NCBI GenBank assembly: GCA_964539925.1
Contig: CAZILB010000004.1
Location: 1 to 57,679 of the forward strand
DNA from: an uncultured Syntrophobacter sp.
GTDB taxonomy: Bacteria > Desulfobacterota > Binatia > UBA9968
Reading direction: 5' to 3'
DNA length: 57,679 bases
Made by a program: the position numbers and the translations under genes. Position 1 is the first letter of the stretch. The number at the start of each line of letters is the position of its first letter. The notes beneath the pieces are model-generated. The model saw only the letters and a program-made list of their open reading frames with translations. It was not told where the DNA came from and ran no database searches. This document shows, piece after piece, positions 1-9,383 of this stretch.

Positions 1-303
1 ACTGCTCTTTTGCCAAAACTTTCCCAACCACCCGCCGCTCTCGTTGGCGACGAGCTGCTCGACCTCGCCGGCATCAAGCCAAACGCCGTTGCAGTCGGGG
101 CACTGATCGACGACAATTTTCTGAAACGTGCTCTCCTTCAGTACGGTGCCGCAGCGAGGGCATTTTAACTGGGCCGCTGCCTGCGACGCTTGTTGCGCTT
201 CCGCTTGCTGCTTCGCCTTCATTTTCTCCAAGAGCTCCCGCTCTTTCCTGACGAAATATTCGTCCTCCTGGGCCTTTTTCCGTTCATCCCATTTATCAGC
301 CAT
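1..303 (-). CDS. zinc-ribbon (double CxxC, TFIIB-type zf-like) domain protein; C-terminus cut by window edge
   Basis: Not in the ORF track because there is no stop in the window. Own translation of the minus strand from ATG 303..301: MADKWDERKKAQEDEYFVRKERELLEKMKAKQQ...QLKCPRCGTVLKESTFQKIVVDQCPDCNGVWLDAGEVEQLV. GGAGG lies 6 nt upstream of the ATG. Confidence 0.6.
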   Translation of the reverse strand, partial: MADKWDERKKAQEDEYFVRKERELLEKMKAKQQAEAQQASQAAAQLKCPRCGTVLKESTFQKIVVDQCPDCNGVWLDAGEVEQLVANESGGWLGKFWQKSS

Positions 304-330
304 GGTTGACCTCCTTTGGAGAAATGCTTC

Positions 331-1029
331 CTAACTCAAAACCTTTTTCAGCCACTTGGCGCTTCTCTGCACCGACTTTTCCGCGGCGTCTCGGTTCGCC
401 GGGCTCCTGCTTTGCGGATTGTTCAAAAACGCATGTCCCGCGCCCTGGTACATTTCGATCTGGTAGTTTTTCTTGTAGCGCTCGAGGCTTTGGCGGAACA
501 TTTCGATCTCGGCCGGCGTCGTGCCCGGATCGTCGGTGCCGTAGTGACATAGCAGAGGCGCCGAAATTCCCTTGAGATCTTCCGGGTCCGGAAACAAGCT
601 CTGGTAATAAATCACGCCGGCGGCAAACGCCTTCGACCGTGCCAGGGCGTAGAGCGCCAAGCCGCCGCCCATGCAGAATCCCAACACGGCGACTTTTTTA
701 GCCCCCACCCAGGGCAGCTTGCGGAGGTAAGAAACGCTGTCGACAATGTTGTTCACCGCCCGGGGAATATCGAGGGAGGTTTTCTTCAAGGCACATTCCT
801 CGAGGGTATGGTACGTTTTGCCGTGAAAAAGATCCGGGGACAAGCAGACAAAGCCTTCCTGGGCGAAGCGTCTCGTCACCGCCCGCTGGCCATCGTCCAG
901 GCCGCGGTAGCCATGCACCAGCACGATCGCCGGGCGCTCGCCGCCGGCAATCGGACGGGAAAGAAAGCCGTCCACGACTTCTTTTCCGCTGCGGTGCGCG
1001 GCATGCATGGAGACGATTCTTTCAGCCAT
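331..1029 (-). CDS. dienelactone hydrolase family (alpha/beta hydrolase) protein
   Basis: 232-aa ORF with IVLVHGYRGL, nucleophile elbow GFCMGG and C-terminal GAGHAF, which is the DLH-like pattern. Lies 27 nt upstream of the zinc-ribbon gene on the same strand. Confidence 0.8.
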   Translation of the reverse strand: MAERIVSMHAAHRSGKEVVDGFLSRPIAGGERPAIVLVHGYRGLDDGQRAVTRRFAQEGFVCLSPDLFHGKTYHTLEECALKKTSLDIPRAVNNIVDSVSYLRKLPWVGAKKVAVLGFCMGGGLALYALARSKAFAAGVIYYQSLFPDPEDLKGISAPLLCHYGTDDPGTTPAEIEMFRQSLERYKKNYQIEMYQGAGHAFLNNPQSRSPANRDAAEKSVQRSAKWLKKVLS

Positions 1030-1086
1030 AGGGTGACCTTGGAAGCCCGCGATGGAACTCGCGGCGACGGCAAAGAGCGCGAGATT

Positions 1087-1701
1087 TCAGCTGGAAAATC
1101 CCGTCATGTAAGGCAGTTTCGCCGCGGTTTTCTTGACCTGTTCGAGATTGGCGCGGAGCAGCGTGGTGGAATCCCACGAACCCATGGTAAGAGCCGTGCG
1201 GTAGCTCTCCGGCAAATCGATGGCAATGGTTTGACGGTCGTAGGAAAGGGTCTTGCTTTCCAGATCCACCGTGTATTCGGTGCGCGGATTCTCCTCGACG
1301 CTTTTCATCAGCTGCTCGATCTCCCTGGCGCCGACCGTGACTGCCGGCAGCCCCATCATCGTGCAGTTGCCCGCGAAAATCGCGGCGAAGGATTCGCCGA
1401 CGATCGCTTTGATGCCAAAGCGGTAGATCGCCTGCGGCGCATGCTCGCGCGAAGAACCGCAGCCGAAGTTCTTATTGACGAATAAAACCGACGCCCCTCC
1501 GTACTCGGGGTCGTTTAACGGGTGATCCTTTTTCTTGCCGCCGGCGTCGAAGCGTTCGTCGAAAAACGGATACTCGCCCATCCGCGCGAAACTGACCTCT
1601 TTCAAATAGCGAGCCGGAATGATGCGGTCGGTGTCGATGTCGTTGCCGCGGATCGGCACGGCGGTGCCGGAAATTTTTATTACTTTTACTAAATCGCTCA
1701 T
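1087..1701 (-). CDS. leuD: 3-isopropylmalate dehydratase small subunit
   Basis: 204-aa ORF with DTDRIIPARYL and NFGCGSSREHAP motifs. GGGGAG SD precedes ATG 1701. Lies downstream of leuC. Confidence 0.9.
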   Translation of the reverse strand: MSDLVKVIKISGTAVPIRGNDIDTDRIIPARYLKEVSFARMGEYPFFDERFDAGGKKKDHPLNDPEYGGASVLFVNKNFGCGSSREHAPQAIYRFGIKAIVGESFAAIFAGNCTMMGLPAVTVGAREIEQLMKSVEENPRTEYTVDLESKTLSYDRQTIAIDLPESYRTALTMGSWDSTTLLRANLEQVKKTAAKLPYMTGFSS

Positions 1702-1715
1702 AGCTCCCCAATCAG

Positions 1716-1813
1716 TTCCAGTCGTTCAAACCGTTTAACCGCTGCGCTCCGTTCAAGCCGTTTATGGATCCGAAACGATTTGAACAACTCGAACTTTTTG
1801 AACGGTTTGAACC
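1716..1813. repeat. nested palindromic GTTCAA/TTGAAC hexamer element in the leuC-leuD spacer
   Basis: GTTCAAACCGTT (1724-1735) is a perfect inverted repeat of AACGGTTTGAAC (1801-1812). GTTCAAGCCGTTT (1751-1763) pairs imperfectly with AAACGATTTGAAC (1773-1785). Five hexamer copies in total. Confidence 0.6.
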
Positions 1814-1816
1814 TCC

Positions 1817-3214
1817 TCATTCGTACTGGCGCACGTCGACAACCTTGCCGTTGATGGCCGCGGCCGCCACCATAGCCGGGCTCATGAGCAGCGTGCGCCC
1901 CTGCGGGCTCCCCTGGCGACCGATGAAATTGCGATTCGACGAAGAGGCGGAGATCTCCCGGCCGTTGAGCTTGTCCGGATTCATCGCCAGACACATGGAG
2001 CAGCCGGCCTCGCGCCATTGAAAGCCCGCTTCCCGGAAAATCTCGTGCAAGCCCTCCTGCTCGGCGAGTTTTTTCACTTCGGTTGAGCCCGGCACCACCA
2101 GCGCGCGCACCGAGGAATTGACTTTTCTACCCTTGGCGATCTTCGCCGCGGCGCGCAAATCGGCGAGCCGGCCGTTGGTGCAGGAACCGATGAAGGCCAC
2201 GTTGATCGGCGTCCCCATCATCGGCGCGCCCGGCTGCCAGCCCATATGCTCGTAGGCTTTCGTGGCGCCGGCGGGATCGGAAAAGTCTTCGGGTTTGGGC
2301 AGCTTCTCAGAGATGCCCACCGACTGGCCGGGATTGATGCCCCAGGTCACGGTCGGTTCGATGTCCTTGCCCTGGTATGTCACCGCATCGTCGTACTCAG
2401 CATCCGCCTCCGAGGCGACAGATTTCCAGTACGCGACCGCCCGGTCAAAGGCCGCGCCGCTCGGCACATAGGGCCGGCCCTTTAAATATTCGAAAGTGGT
2501 TTGATCGGGATTGACGTAGCCGACCAGGGCGCCGCCCTCGATGCTCATGTTGCACACCGTCATGCGCTCTTCCATGTTCATCCGGTCGATGACCGGGCCG
2601 CCGTACTCGTAAGCGAAGCCCTTGCCGCCAGAAACGCCGAGGCGCCGAATAACATAGAGAATCACGTCTTTGGCGTATACTCCGGCGCCGAGGGCGCCCT
2701 CGAGGTTGATGCGGCGCACTTCGAGCTTATCCATCGCCAGCGTTTGACTCGCCAGTACATCGCGCACCTGGCTGGTGCCGATGCCGAAAGCCAGAGTGCC
2801 GAAGGCGCCATGGGTGCTCGTGTGGCTGTCGCCGCAGGCGAGCGTCATGCCCGGTTGCGTCAAGCCGAGCTGCGGTCCGATCACGTGCACGATACCCTGG
2901 TTCATGCTGTCCAAACCGAAAAATTCCACGCCGAAATGCTGAACGTTTTTCTCCAGCGCCTGGGTCAGCTCTTCCGCTTCCTGGTCGAGAAACGGACGGC
3001 CGCGCAGGTCGGTCGGCACAATGTGATCCACGGTGGCGAATGTCCGTTCGCGAAAGGCCACGTCCAACCCGTTTTCCCGCAGCATATCGAAAGCAGGCGC
3101 CGTGGTGATCTCGTGAATAAGGTGCAGGCCGATGAATAGCTGAGTTTGCCCGGTGGGCAGAATCCCCACCGTGTGGGACTCCCAAATCTTATCGTATAGC
3201 GTCCTGACAGCCAT
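1817..3214 (-). CDS. leuC: 3-isopropylmalate dehydratase large subunit
   Basis: 465-aa ORF with aconitase-family motifs [27 protein letters not shown] and [19 protein letters not shown] upstream. Confidence 0.95.
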   Translation of the reverse strand: MAVRTLYDKIWESHTVGILPTGQTQLFIGLHLIHEITTAPAFDMLRENGLDVAFRERTFATVDHIVPTDLRGRPFLDQEAEELTQALEKNVQHFGVEFFGLDSMNQGIVHVIGPQLGLTQPGMTLACGDSHTSTHGAFGTLAFGIGTSQVRDVLASQTLAMDKLEVRRINLEGALGAGVYAKDVILYVIRRLGVSGGKGFAYEYGGPVIDRMNMEERMTVCNMSIEGGALVGYVNPDQTTFEYLKGRPYVPSGAAFDRAVAYWKSVASEADAEYDDAVTYQGKDIEPTVTWGINPGQSVGISEKLPKPEDFSDPAGATKAYEHMGWQPGAPMMGTPINVAFIGSCTNGRLADLRAAAKIAKGRKVNSSVRALVVPGSTEVKKLAEQEGLHEIFREAGFQWREAGCSMCLAMNPDKLNGREISASSSNRNFIGRQGSPQGRTLLMSPAMVAAAAINGKVVDVRQYE

Positions 3215-3235
3215 TAAGAGATCTCCTCCGCGGCG

Positions 3236-3264
3236 ATAATATCGGTCGCTACCAGCGACTTCAA
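3236..3264 (-). promoter_or_regulatory. possible sigma70-type promoter for leuCD
   Basis: Minus strand reads TTGAAG, a 17-nt spacer, then TATTAT. The implied leader is very short (the SD would sit almost at the 5' end), which lowers confidence. Confidence 0.3.
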
Positions 3265-3416
3265 GAGCCCGGAAACGGGATACGCTATTGAGGTTCCGTA
3301 CTGGCGCCGAGTTTGTTTCGTTAGATGAATCTCTGAGTCACGACGACCATTTTCGTGAACGTGATCGTGATCGGAGACGAACACGTACCACGAGCACGAG
3401 CCCGTCTTTGACTCGT

Positions 3417-4790
3417 TTAACCGTAAATCCACTTCCCCGGATCGCGCGCGTAGTCCTCATACGAACCGGCGCAGGTGATGCCTGGGATCTGCGGTATCCA
3501 ATCCTCGCGCAAGAGTTCGTCCGGATCGCCATACTGCCTGGCGAGCTTGCGGACTTCGGGATCGTCGAGCGCCGTCAGCCTCCCGCTGCGAATGATCGTG
3601 TATGGCTCGCCGCCCTTGGCGGTGATGGTAAAAGTCGGAAACAGGAGGTGGATATGCAGGTGGCCGTAGAGGATGCCGTTCTCCCCCGCCCATTTTTCCT
3701 CGGCTGAACGCCAGAGCGTGCCAAAGCCCATGTGGATCACCCCCGAGCGCCGCCGTTCCCATTCGAAGCCGCCCGAGGAATGTTTTTCGATCCCGCTCGG
3801 CCGCATGATTTTCGGATTCGTTCCGATGGCGACTTCCCAGAGATAAAACAGCCCCGGGCGCGGAAAACATGGATAGTGCGTGCGCCGGCTTTCTTCGAGC
3901 AGGCTGCGCCAGGCGTCGCCATAAGCCGCGCCGCCCAACACGTTGACGACCTGTCCGCCTTCCAACTCCACTTTCACCTGCGGAAAAGCCTTGGAAAAAT
4001 GGCTCGTGGTTCCCGCCACCACGCCCGCGGCGTCCTCCTTGGCGATGATCGGCGGCACCGGATGGCCGAACAAGTGGCCGATTCGCGGCGTCGCCGAGAA
4101 TCCATAGCGTGTGCCGTCGTAGTATTCGTCCCAGTAAGTCCAGCTGATGTCGGTGCCTTCGGCATCGGTGAGCCGCGCGCGCCCGCCGCGCCCATATTCC
4201 CAGATCGGATCCCAGGTCTTTTTATTGATCAGCAAATGCAAATCGAGCGGATAGGTCGTCGAGCGCTGCAGGAAATGCTCGGCCCGCAGCCACGGAATCT
4301 GCTCGTAGCGAAATTCCGTCTTCGGAATCGGTCCGCCCTTGCCGTGGATAAGCAAATCATAGCCGCTGCGCAGCGCGAAGTCTTCGATGTAGGGAATCCC
4401 CTCCCAACGGCGAGGATTTTTGTCCCAGGGCTCGCGCCGCATGATAACTTCGATCTCGTCCGCGTAATCGAACTCCCGGTCTGGATTCCCCATGTCCGCG
4501 ACCAGGATATCCACCTGCGCGCCTTTTTCCCGAAGGGCGGCAGCCACTGCGTGCGGTACATCCAGATCGTACTCGCGATCGATGGCGATGAGAATTTTAT
4601 CGCCCGGCTTGGTTTTGTCGTAACCGACAAAGCCGATATGGCTGTCGCGGTTCTCGCGCGAATTGGCGAGCCGGCGAGCAAATGGTATCAGCGCCGAGAT
4701 ATCGGCCGACCTCAGGCCTCGATTGCGCAGTTGCAATTCCCTAGGAACAGAATGGCTGAGGCCGACGCCGTCATCCGCTGTGTCGCACAT
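3417..4790 (-). CDS. hypothetical protein; possible distant M29 aminopeptidase / NicX (2,5-dihydroxypyridine dioxygenase)-like fold
   Basis: 457-aa ORF with GAGGAG SD 5 nt before ATG 4790 and clean coding appearance. Segments AGTTSHF..., EVAIGTNPK and YGHLHIHLLFPTFTI recall the C-terminal metal-site region of M29/NicX proteins. This is from memory only; no HMM was run. Confidence 0.7.
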   Translation of the reverse strand: MCDTADDGVGLSHSVPRELQLRNRGLRSADISALIPFARRLANSRENRDSHIGFVGYDKTKPGDKILIAIDREYDLDVPHAVAAALREKGAQVDILVADMGNPDREFDYADEIEVIMRREPWDKNPRRWEGIPYIEDFALRSGYDLLIHGKGGPIPKTEFRYEQIPWLRAEHFLQRSTTYPLDLHLLINKKTWDPIWEYGRGGRARLTDAEGTDISWTYWDEYYDGTRYGFSATPRIGHLFGHPVPPIIAKEDAAGVVAGTTSHFSKAFPQVKVELEGGQVVNVLGGAAYGDAWRSLLEESRRTHYPCFPRPGLFYLWEVAIGTNPKIMRPSGIEKHSSGGFEWERRRSGVIHMGFGTLWRSAEEKWAGENGILYGHLHIHLLFPTFTITAKGGEPYTIIRSGRLTALDDPEVRKLARQYGDPDELLREDWIPQIPGITCAGSYEDYARDPGKWIYG

Positions 4791-4892
4791 AAAGGCTCCT
4801 CAATCCTGGAAAGTCGGAGGGTGGAACACCGGATTGTTGGTTCGGTCTTGCGGCTTCCGAAACCCAACACCCATGACTCCATGGCTCCGTTG

Positions 4893-5804
4893 TTACAAAC
4901 AATTCTGCTTCACCCAGTCAACGATCTCGCAGCGCTTCGCGAACCACAGATCGGGAAACGACTTGGCATACTTGATACATTCGTCGTAAACTTTGCCTGT
5001 GGCCGGAAAGGCCATCTGGCAGTGCATCGCCAGGGTGAGCATCTTCGGATCTTCGGCAGACTCTTCGTAAAGCAGGTCGAACTCGTCTTTGAACGAATTA
5101 AAAACGTCCCGGGCGGTAATCCCGCGGCGATACATCCCGGTGTCGTTCAATCCGCTGATGGCGTTTTTGTACGGCACGATGATCATGGTCTTGCCGTTGA
5201 TATGGACCGGATAGGGATTGTCGTCGTTGACCGCGTCGCCGTGCCATGAGAAGCCTTCGTCCGCGAGGATGCCGAGAGTGCGCTCTGTATGGCGCATGCC
5301 GGAGGTCAACCAGCCGGTCGGCCGAAAGCCGACAAATTGTTCAAACATCCTCGCGCAGGTGCGGATTTCATCCCGCTCCTGCTCCTCGGTGAGCTGCATC
5401 AATTGAAAATCCTCGGCATAGGAATGGCCGACGATTTCGTGGCCGCGTTCGTGCACCGCTTTAACCGCTTGGGGATAGCGATGGATGCAGAGCGCGTTGG
5501 TGTTGAAGGAAGCCTTGACCCCGTACTTGTCGAGGATTCGCAGTATTCGCCACACCCCGGTTCGGCCGCCGTAGTCGTTCTCGCTGGCCGTGCGGCAGTC
5601 GTAGAGAGAAACGACATCGTCTTCCTTGATCGGATTGGAGCCGCCCACGTGATGCGTGCGCCGGTGTTTGGGATTGGGGATTTCCGTCCAGGCCTCCAGA
5701 TTGCCCGCCAACGCAACCGCCATCCGCGCTCCCTGCGGCCACTTGATCTTGAGCTTTTTGGCCTTCGAATAAACATCGTAAAAATTGTCATGCTGCGGCA
5801 TCAT
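4893..5804 (-). CDS. polysaccharide deacetylase (NodB-homology, PuuE-like) family protein
   Basis: ORF 4893..5873 with WPQGARMAVAL..., DYGGRTGVWRILRILDKYGVKASF and GHEIVGHSYAED. Start moved to ATG 5804 (MMPQHDNFYD...) because it has a GAGGAGG SD and the predicted promoter lies downstream of ATG 5873. Confidence 0.8.
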   Translation of the reverse strand: MMPQHDNFYDVYSKAKKLKIKWPQGARMAVALAGNLEAWTEIPNPKHRRTHHVGGSNPIKEDDVVSLYDCRTASENDYGGRTGVWRILRILDKYGVKASFNTNALCIHRYPQAVKAVHERGHEIVGHSYAEDFQLMQLTEEQERDEIRTCARMFEQFVGFRPTGWLTSGMRHTERTLGILADEGFSWHGDAVNDDNPYPVHINGKTMIIVPYKNAISGLNDTGMYRRGITARDVFNSFKDEFDLLYEESAEDPKMLTLAMHCQMAFPATGKVYDECIKYAKSFPDLWFAKRCEIVDWVKQNCL

Positions 5805-5854
5805 CGCCTGCAAACCTCCTCGAATGCTTGCACAAATTTCCAGGTTACCGTTTG

Positions 5855-5883
5855 CATATATGGAAATCCCCACTGGGAGTCAA
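5855..5883 (-). promoter_or_regulatory. putative sigma70-type promoter of the deacetylase / M29-like two-gene unit
   Basis: Minus strand reads TTGACT (5883..5878), a 17-nt spacer, then TATATG (5860..5855). Confidence 0.45.
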
Positions 5884-5918
5884 ACCGGCGCCCTTACAAA
5901 GATCCGCCGCCGATCAAT

Positions 5919-5962
5919 AAAAAAATCGCGGCTTTACAGCACCCACCGGCTGCTGTAAAACC
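5919..5962 (-). terminator. intrinsic-terminator-like hairpin (minus-strand orientation)
   Basis: Minus strand reads GGTTTTACAGCA, a 9-nt loop, then TGCTGTAAAGCC (12 bp with one G-U pair), then GCGA and TTTTTTT (5925..5919). It lies just upstream of the promoter above. Confidence 0.45.
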
Positions 5963-5995
5963 CGCCCATGAAGTCGCGCAAGGCCGAACCCCGCC

Positions 5996-6325
5996 ATGGA
6001 TGATGGTCGGTATCGAAAGCAGACCGCCCGCCTGGTGATTCTGATCCTTGGCGCCGCCTTGTATACCCTTGGGTTCCAAAACTGGCCGATGCCGACCGGC
6101 AACCGCATGGCGGACGGCGCTTTCAGCGTCCTCCTCGGTCTTTACATCTGCGCGCATCCCGCGGGCAATGCCATCGATCTAATTTTCATCGAACGCGACC
6201 CGCTGCGCTCCCTGGGAAAGGAGTGGTCGAGCCTCAGATGGCTTGCGCTCAACATCTTGACACTGGTGATGGGCTGGAGGGTGATTTACTTGGGCACAAC
6301 CCATCTCGCCAGCCGGGCCGGTTGA
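5996..6325 (+). CDS. small hypothetical membrane protein (3 predicted TM segments)
   Basis: 109-aa ORF with hydrophobic stretches LVILILGAALYTLGF, FSVLLGLYICAHPAG and LALNILTLVMGWRVIYLG. Convergent with truA. No recognisable family. Confidence 0.5.
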   Translation: MDDGRYRKQTARLVILILGAALYTLGFQNWPMPTGNRMADGAFSVLLGLYICAHPAGNAIDLIFIERDPLRSLGKEWSSLRWLALNILTLVMGWRVIYLGTTHLASRAG

Positions 6326-6391
6326 TACCGAGCTTCCGACGCCGAAACCGCGCAAACCTGTTGGGCTTGTCCTTCGACGAGCGACGCCGCC

Positions 6392-7147
6392 TTAATACCT
6401 GACCTCGACAAGATACAGCCCATTCGCCGGCGCCGTCGGCCCCGCCTCGGTTCGGTCGTGTTCCTCCAGCAGGTCGCTGAACCCGTCCGGGGAGCGCAAT
6501 CCGCGGCCGACCTCCGCCAGGGTGCCAATGATATTTCGCACCATATGGCGCAAAAAGGCGGTCGCTTCGATCGTGTAAACCAGCAAGTCGGTGCGCTTCT
6601 CCAGACCGGTATGATAAACGGTTCTAACCGGATGAGCCGCTTCGCAGCCGGCGGCGCGGAAAGAGGAAAAATCATGCTCGCCGACCAAGCAGGTCGTCGC
6701 CGCGCGCATGGCCGCCACATCCAACGGCTCGTGCAGATGCCAGGCTCGATTTAAATAGAAAGGCGATGCGGTGGGACGATTGAGAATATGGTACTCATAC
6801 ACCCGGCTGCGCCCGTCGCGGCGCGCATCAAAAGAGTCGGGAACCATCTCGACCCGCGTGATGGCGATATCAGCCGGCGTGAGCGCGTTCAGCGCGCGCC
6901 GCATCCGGTGCGGGTCGTGATCCCTGGTGCAAAAAAAATTGGCCACCTGGCCCAGGGCGTGGACCCCGGCGTCCGTACGGCCTGAACCGAGAAGGCGCGT
7001 GGGCCTGCCAACAAAGGTTGCGATAGCGCGTTCAAGTACTGCCTGAACGGATTCACCGTTCGGCTGCACCTGCCAACCGCAATAGTTGGTCCCATCATAT
7101 TCGACGGTGAGCTTGTAATTCACGAGGAACGACCGCCGGGGTCGCAA
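6392..7147 (-). CDS. truA: tRNA pseudouridine(38-40) synthase
   Basis: 251-aa ORF with LTVEYDGTNYCGWQVQ and GRTDAGVHALGQV (catalytic Asp). Start is uncertain: TTG at 7147 or GTG at 7123. Confidence 0.9.
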   Translation of the reverse strand: MRPRRSFLVNYKLTVEYDGTNYCGWQVQPNGESVQAVLERAIATFVGRPTRLLGSGRTDAGVHALGQVANFFCTRDHDPHRMRRALNALTPADIAITRVEMVPDSFDARRDGRSRVYEYHILNRPTASPFYLNRAWHLHEPLDVAAMRAATTCLVGEHDFSSFRAAGCEAAHPVRTVYHTGLEKRTDLLVYTIEATAFLRHMVRNIIGTLAEVGRGLRSPDGFSDLLEEHDRTEAGPTAPANGLYLVEVRY

Positions 7148-7171
7148 GCGCCTATGGTCTTTAGGGCAAGA

Positions 7172-8194
7172 CTAGAGAAAATCGCGGACTAAAATCTCGG
7201 CAATTTGAACCGCATTGAGGGCGGCTCCCTTGCGCAGATTGTCGGACACCACCCAGAGATTCAGCCCGTTGGCAACCGATTCATCATTGCGAATGCGGCC
7301 CACGTAAATCGCATCCCTCCCGGCCGCTTCGATGGCCATCGGGTAAATATTGTTTTCCGGTTCGTCGGCGACGATGACCCCCGGTGCTTCACGGAGAATT
7401 TGCTTGGCCTCTGCCGCTGAAAGCTTCACTCGGGTCTCGATGTTGACCGATTCGGAGTGGCTGAGAAATACCGGCACGCGCACCGTGGTGGCCGTCACGG
7501 GAAGATCGGGCTCGCCGAGAATCTTCCGCGTTTCCTGGATCATTTTCCACTCTTCTTTGGTGTAACCGTTCTCCAAGAAACCATCGATGTGCGGAATGCA
7601 GTTAAAAGCGATCTGATGAGGAAATTTTTCCTTTTTGATCTCGCGGCCGTTGAAGAGCGCGGCCACCTGCTGGCTCAACTCCTCCATCGCCAATCTTCCC
7701 GCTCCGGACACCGATTGATAAGTGGACACGACCACGCGTTTGATGCGCGCTGCGTCATGAAGCGGCTTCAAAGCCACGACCATCTGGATCGTGGAACAAT
7801 TGGGATTGGCGATGATGCCGCGATTTTTGTACCTGCCGATTTCGTCGGAGTTAACCTCGGGCACGACCAGAGGGACATCCGGCTCCATGCGAAAGAAGGA
7901 AGTGTTGTCCACCACCACGGCACCCGCCGCTACCGCCCGCGGCGCGAACCTGGCACTCACGTTGCCGCCCGCGGAAAACAGAGCGATGTCGACACCCTCG
8001 AATGAATTCTCGTCGAGCACCGCGACGCGGAGCTGGCGCCCTTGAAAGGGCAGAAATTGTCCCGCCGATCGCTCCGAAGCGAGCAATCGCAGGTCGCCGA
8101 CGGGAAGCTGACGCTCTTCCAAAACTTCGCGTATTTGCTCGCCCACCGCGCCGGTGGCGCCGACAACGGCGACGTTGTATTTTTGCTTAGTCAT
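7172..8194 (-). CDS. asd: aspartate-semialdehyde dehydrogenase
   Basis: ORF 7172..8233 with NVAVVGATGAVG and IANPNCSTI (active-site Cys). Start set at the internal ATG 8194 (MTKQKYNVAVVG...), which matches typical Asd N-termini. No strong SD at either candidate. Confidence 0.9.
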   Translation of the reverse strand: MTKQKYNVAVVGATGAVGEQIREVLEERQLPVGDLRLLASERSAGQFLPFQGRQLRVAVLDENSFEGVDIALFSAGGNVSARFAPRAVAAGAVVVDNTSFFRMEPDVPLVVPEVNSDEIGRYKNRGIIANPNCSTIQMVVALKPLHDAARIKRVVVSTYQSVSGAGRLAMEELSQQVAALFNGREIKKEKFPHQIAFNCIPHIDGFLENGYTKEEWKMIQETRKILGEPDLPVTATTVRVPVFLSHSESVNIETRVKLSAAEAKQILREAPGVIVADEPENNIYPMAIEAAGRDAIYVGRIRNDESVANGLNLWVVSDNLRKGAALNAVQIAEILVRDFL

Positions 8195-8294
8195 GATTGT
8201 CTCGAGTTTGCTTTGTCTGCGCTTGAACGTCATTCACGGAAACCGAAAATTGACGATGGAGAATCACCGTGTTCGATCCTCCATTCTCGATCTT

Positions 8295-9383
8295 CTATCT
8301 TCGACCTGCGATTTTGTCACGCACCCGCCGTCCCATTTCCTTGCAGCCGACGAGTTTGCAGGCGGGCTCTTGAATATCCGCGGTGCGGTATCCCTCGTTC
8401 AACACGGCTTCGACCGCTTGCTCGATCCGATCGGCCGCCGTCCCTTGATCGAGGGAGTGGCGCAGCATCATCGCCACGCTCAGGATCGTCGCCAAGGGAT
8501 TAGCTTTATCCTGTCCGGCAATATCTGGGGCGCTGCCGTGCACCGGCTCATACATTCCGACCTTGCCTCCCAGGCTGGCCGAGGGGAGCATACCGATGGA
8601 ACCGGTGAGCATCGCCGCCTCATCGCTCAGGATATCGCCGAACATGTTGGTTGTGACCAGGACGTCGAACTGCCTCGGATTGCGAATAAGCTGCATGGCG
8701 CAGTTGTCGACCAGCATATGCTCGAGCTCGACGGCGGCATAGCCTTCGTCCTGATGAATACGCGTGACCACTTTGCGCCAGAGCTCCGTCACCTCCAGCA
8801 CATTGGCTTTATCCACCGAGGTGACCTTCTTGCGGCGTTTGAGCGCCGCCTGAAACGCGACGTGGGCGATGCGTTCAATCTCCGGGGTCGTGTAAACTTC
8901 CGTGTTCACGCCGCGCTCTGTACCATCCGGCAGCTTAGTTACGCCCTTGGGTTGGCCAAAATAGATCCCGCCGGTGAGTTCGCGCACAACCAGCAAATCC
9001 GTCCCTTCCACGACATCGCGTTTCAGCGTCGATGCCGACGCCAGCGCCGAAAAAAGCCGCACCGGGCGGAGATTTGCGAATAAGCCAAGCTCCTGGCGCA
9101 GCGCCAACAATGCCCGCTCCGGGCGGACCGAATAATCGAGACCGTCCCATTTCGGGCCGCCCATGGCGCCGAGCAGCACGGCGTCGCTCTGCTTGGCCAA
9201 TTGGAGCACCCGATCGGGGAGCGGTCTGCCATGGGCGTCAATGGACGTGCCGCCGACGATCCCGTACTCCAGCTCAACACCGAAACCATAGAGTTTCGCT
9301 AATTGATCGAGAACTTGCGTTCCTTCGCCCATAACCTCCGGGCCAATGCCGTCTCCCGGCAAAACTGCGATTTTATAATTCAT
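8295..9383 (-). CDS. leuB: 3-isopropylmalate dehydrogenase
   Basis: 362-aa ORF with [29 protein letters not shown] and HGSAPDIAG. Overlaps the leuA stop by 4 nt. Confidence 0.95.
   Translation of the reverse strand: MNYKIAVLPGDGIGPEVMGEGTQVLDQLAKLYGFGVELEYGIVGGTSIDAHGRPLPDRVLQLAKQSDAVLLGAMGGPKWDGLDYSVRPERALLALRQELGLFANLRPVRLFSALASASTLKRDVVEGTDLLVVRELTGGIYFGQPKGVTKLPDGTERGVNTEVYTTPEIERIAHVAFQAALKRRKKVTSVDKANVLEVTELWRKVVTRIHQDEGYAAVELEHMLVDNCAMQLIRNPRQFDVLVTTNMFGDILSDEAAMLTGSIGMLPSASLGGKVGMYEPVHGSAPDIAGQDKANPLATILSVAMMLRHSLDQGTAADRIEQAVEAVLNEGYRTADIQEPACKLVGCKEMGRRVRDKIAGRR

Noticed and set aside
3215-3416. Possible leu leader peptide, T-box or mini repeat array (CGTGATCGTGATCGG, GCTCGTGCTCGTGG) upstream of leuC
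   Set aside because: There is no Leu-rich small ORF, no T-box specifier or terminator architecture, and the short direct repeats have only 2 units each, which is far from a CRISPR or tandem array. Only weak hairpins without U-tracts are present.
3732-5249. 505-aa plus-strand ORF spanning the M29-like and deacetylase genes
   Set aside because: It is antisense to two well-supported minus-strand genes. It is Arg/Ala/Pro-rich and low in complexity, with no SD. This is a typical shadow ORF of GC-rich DNA.
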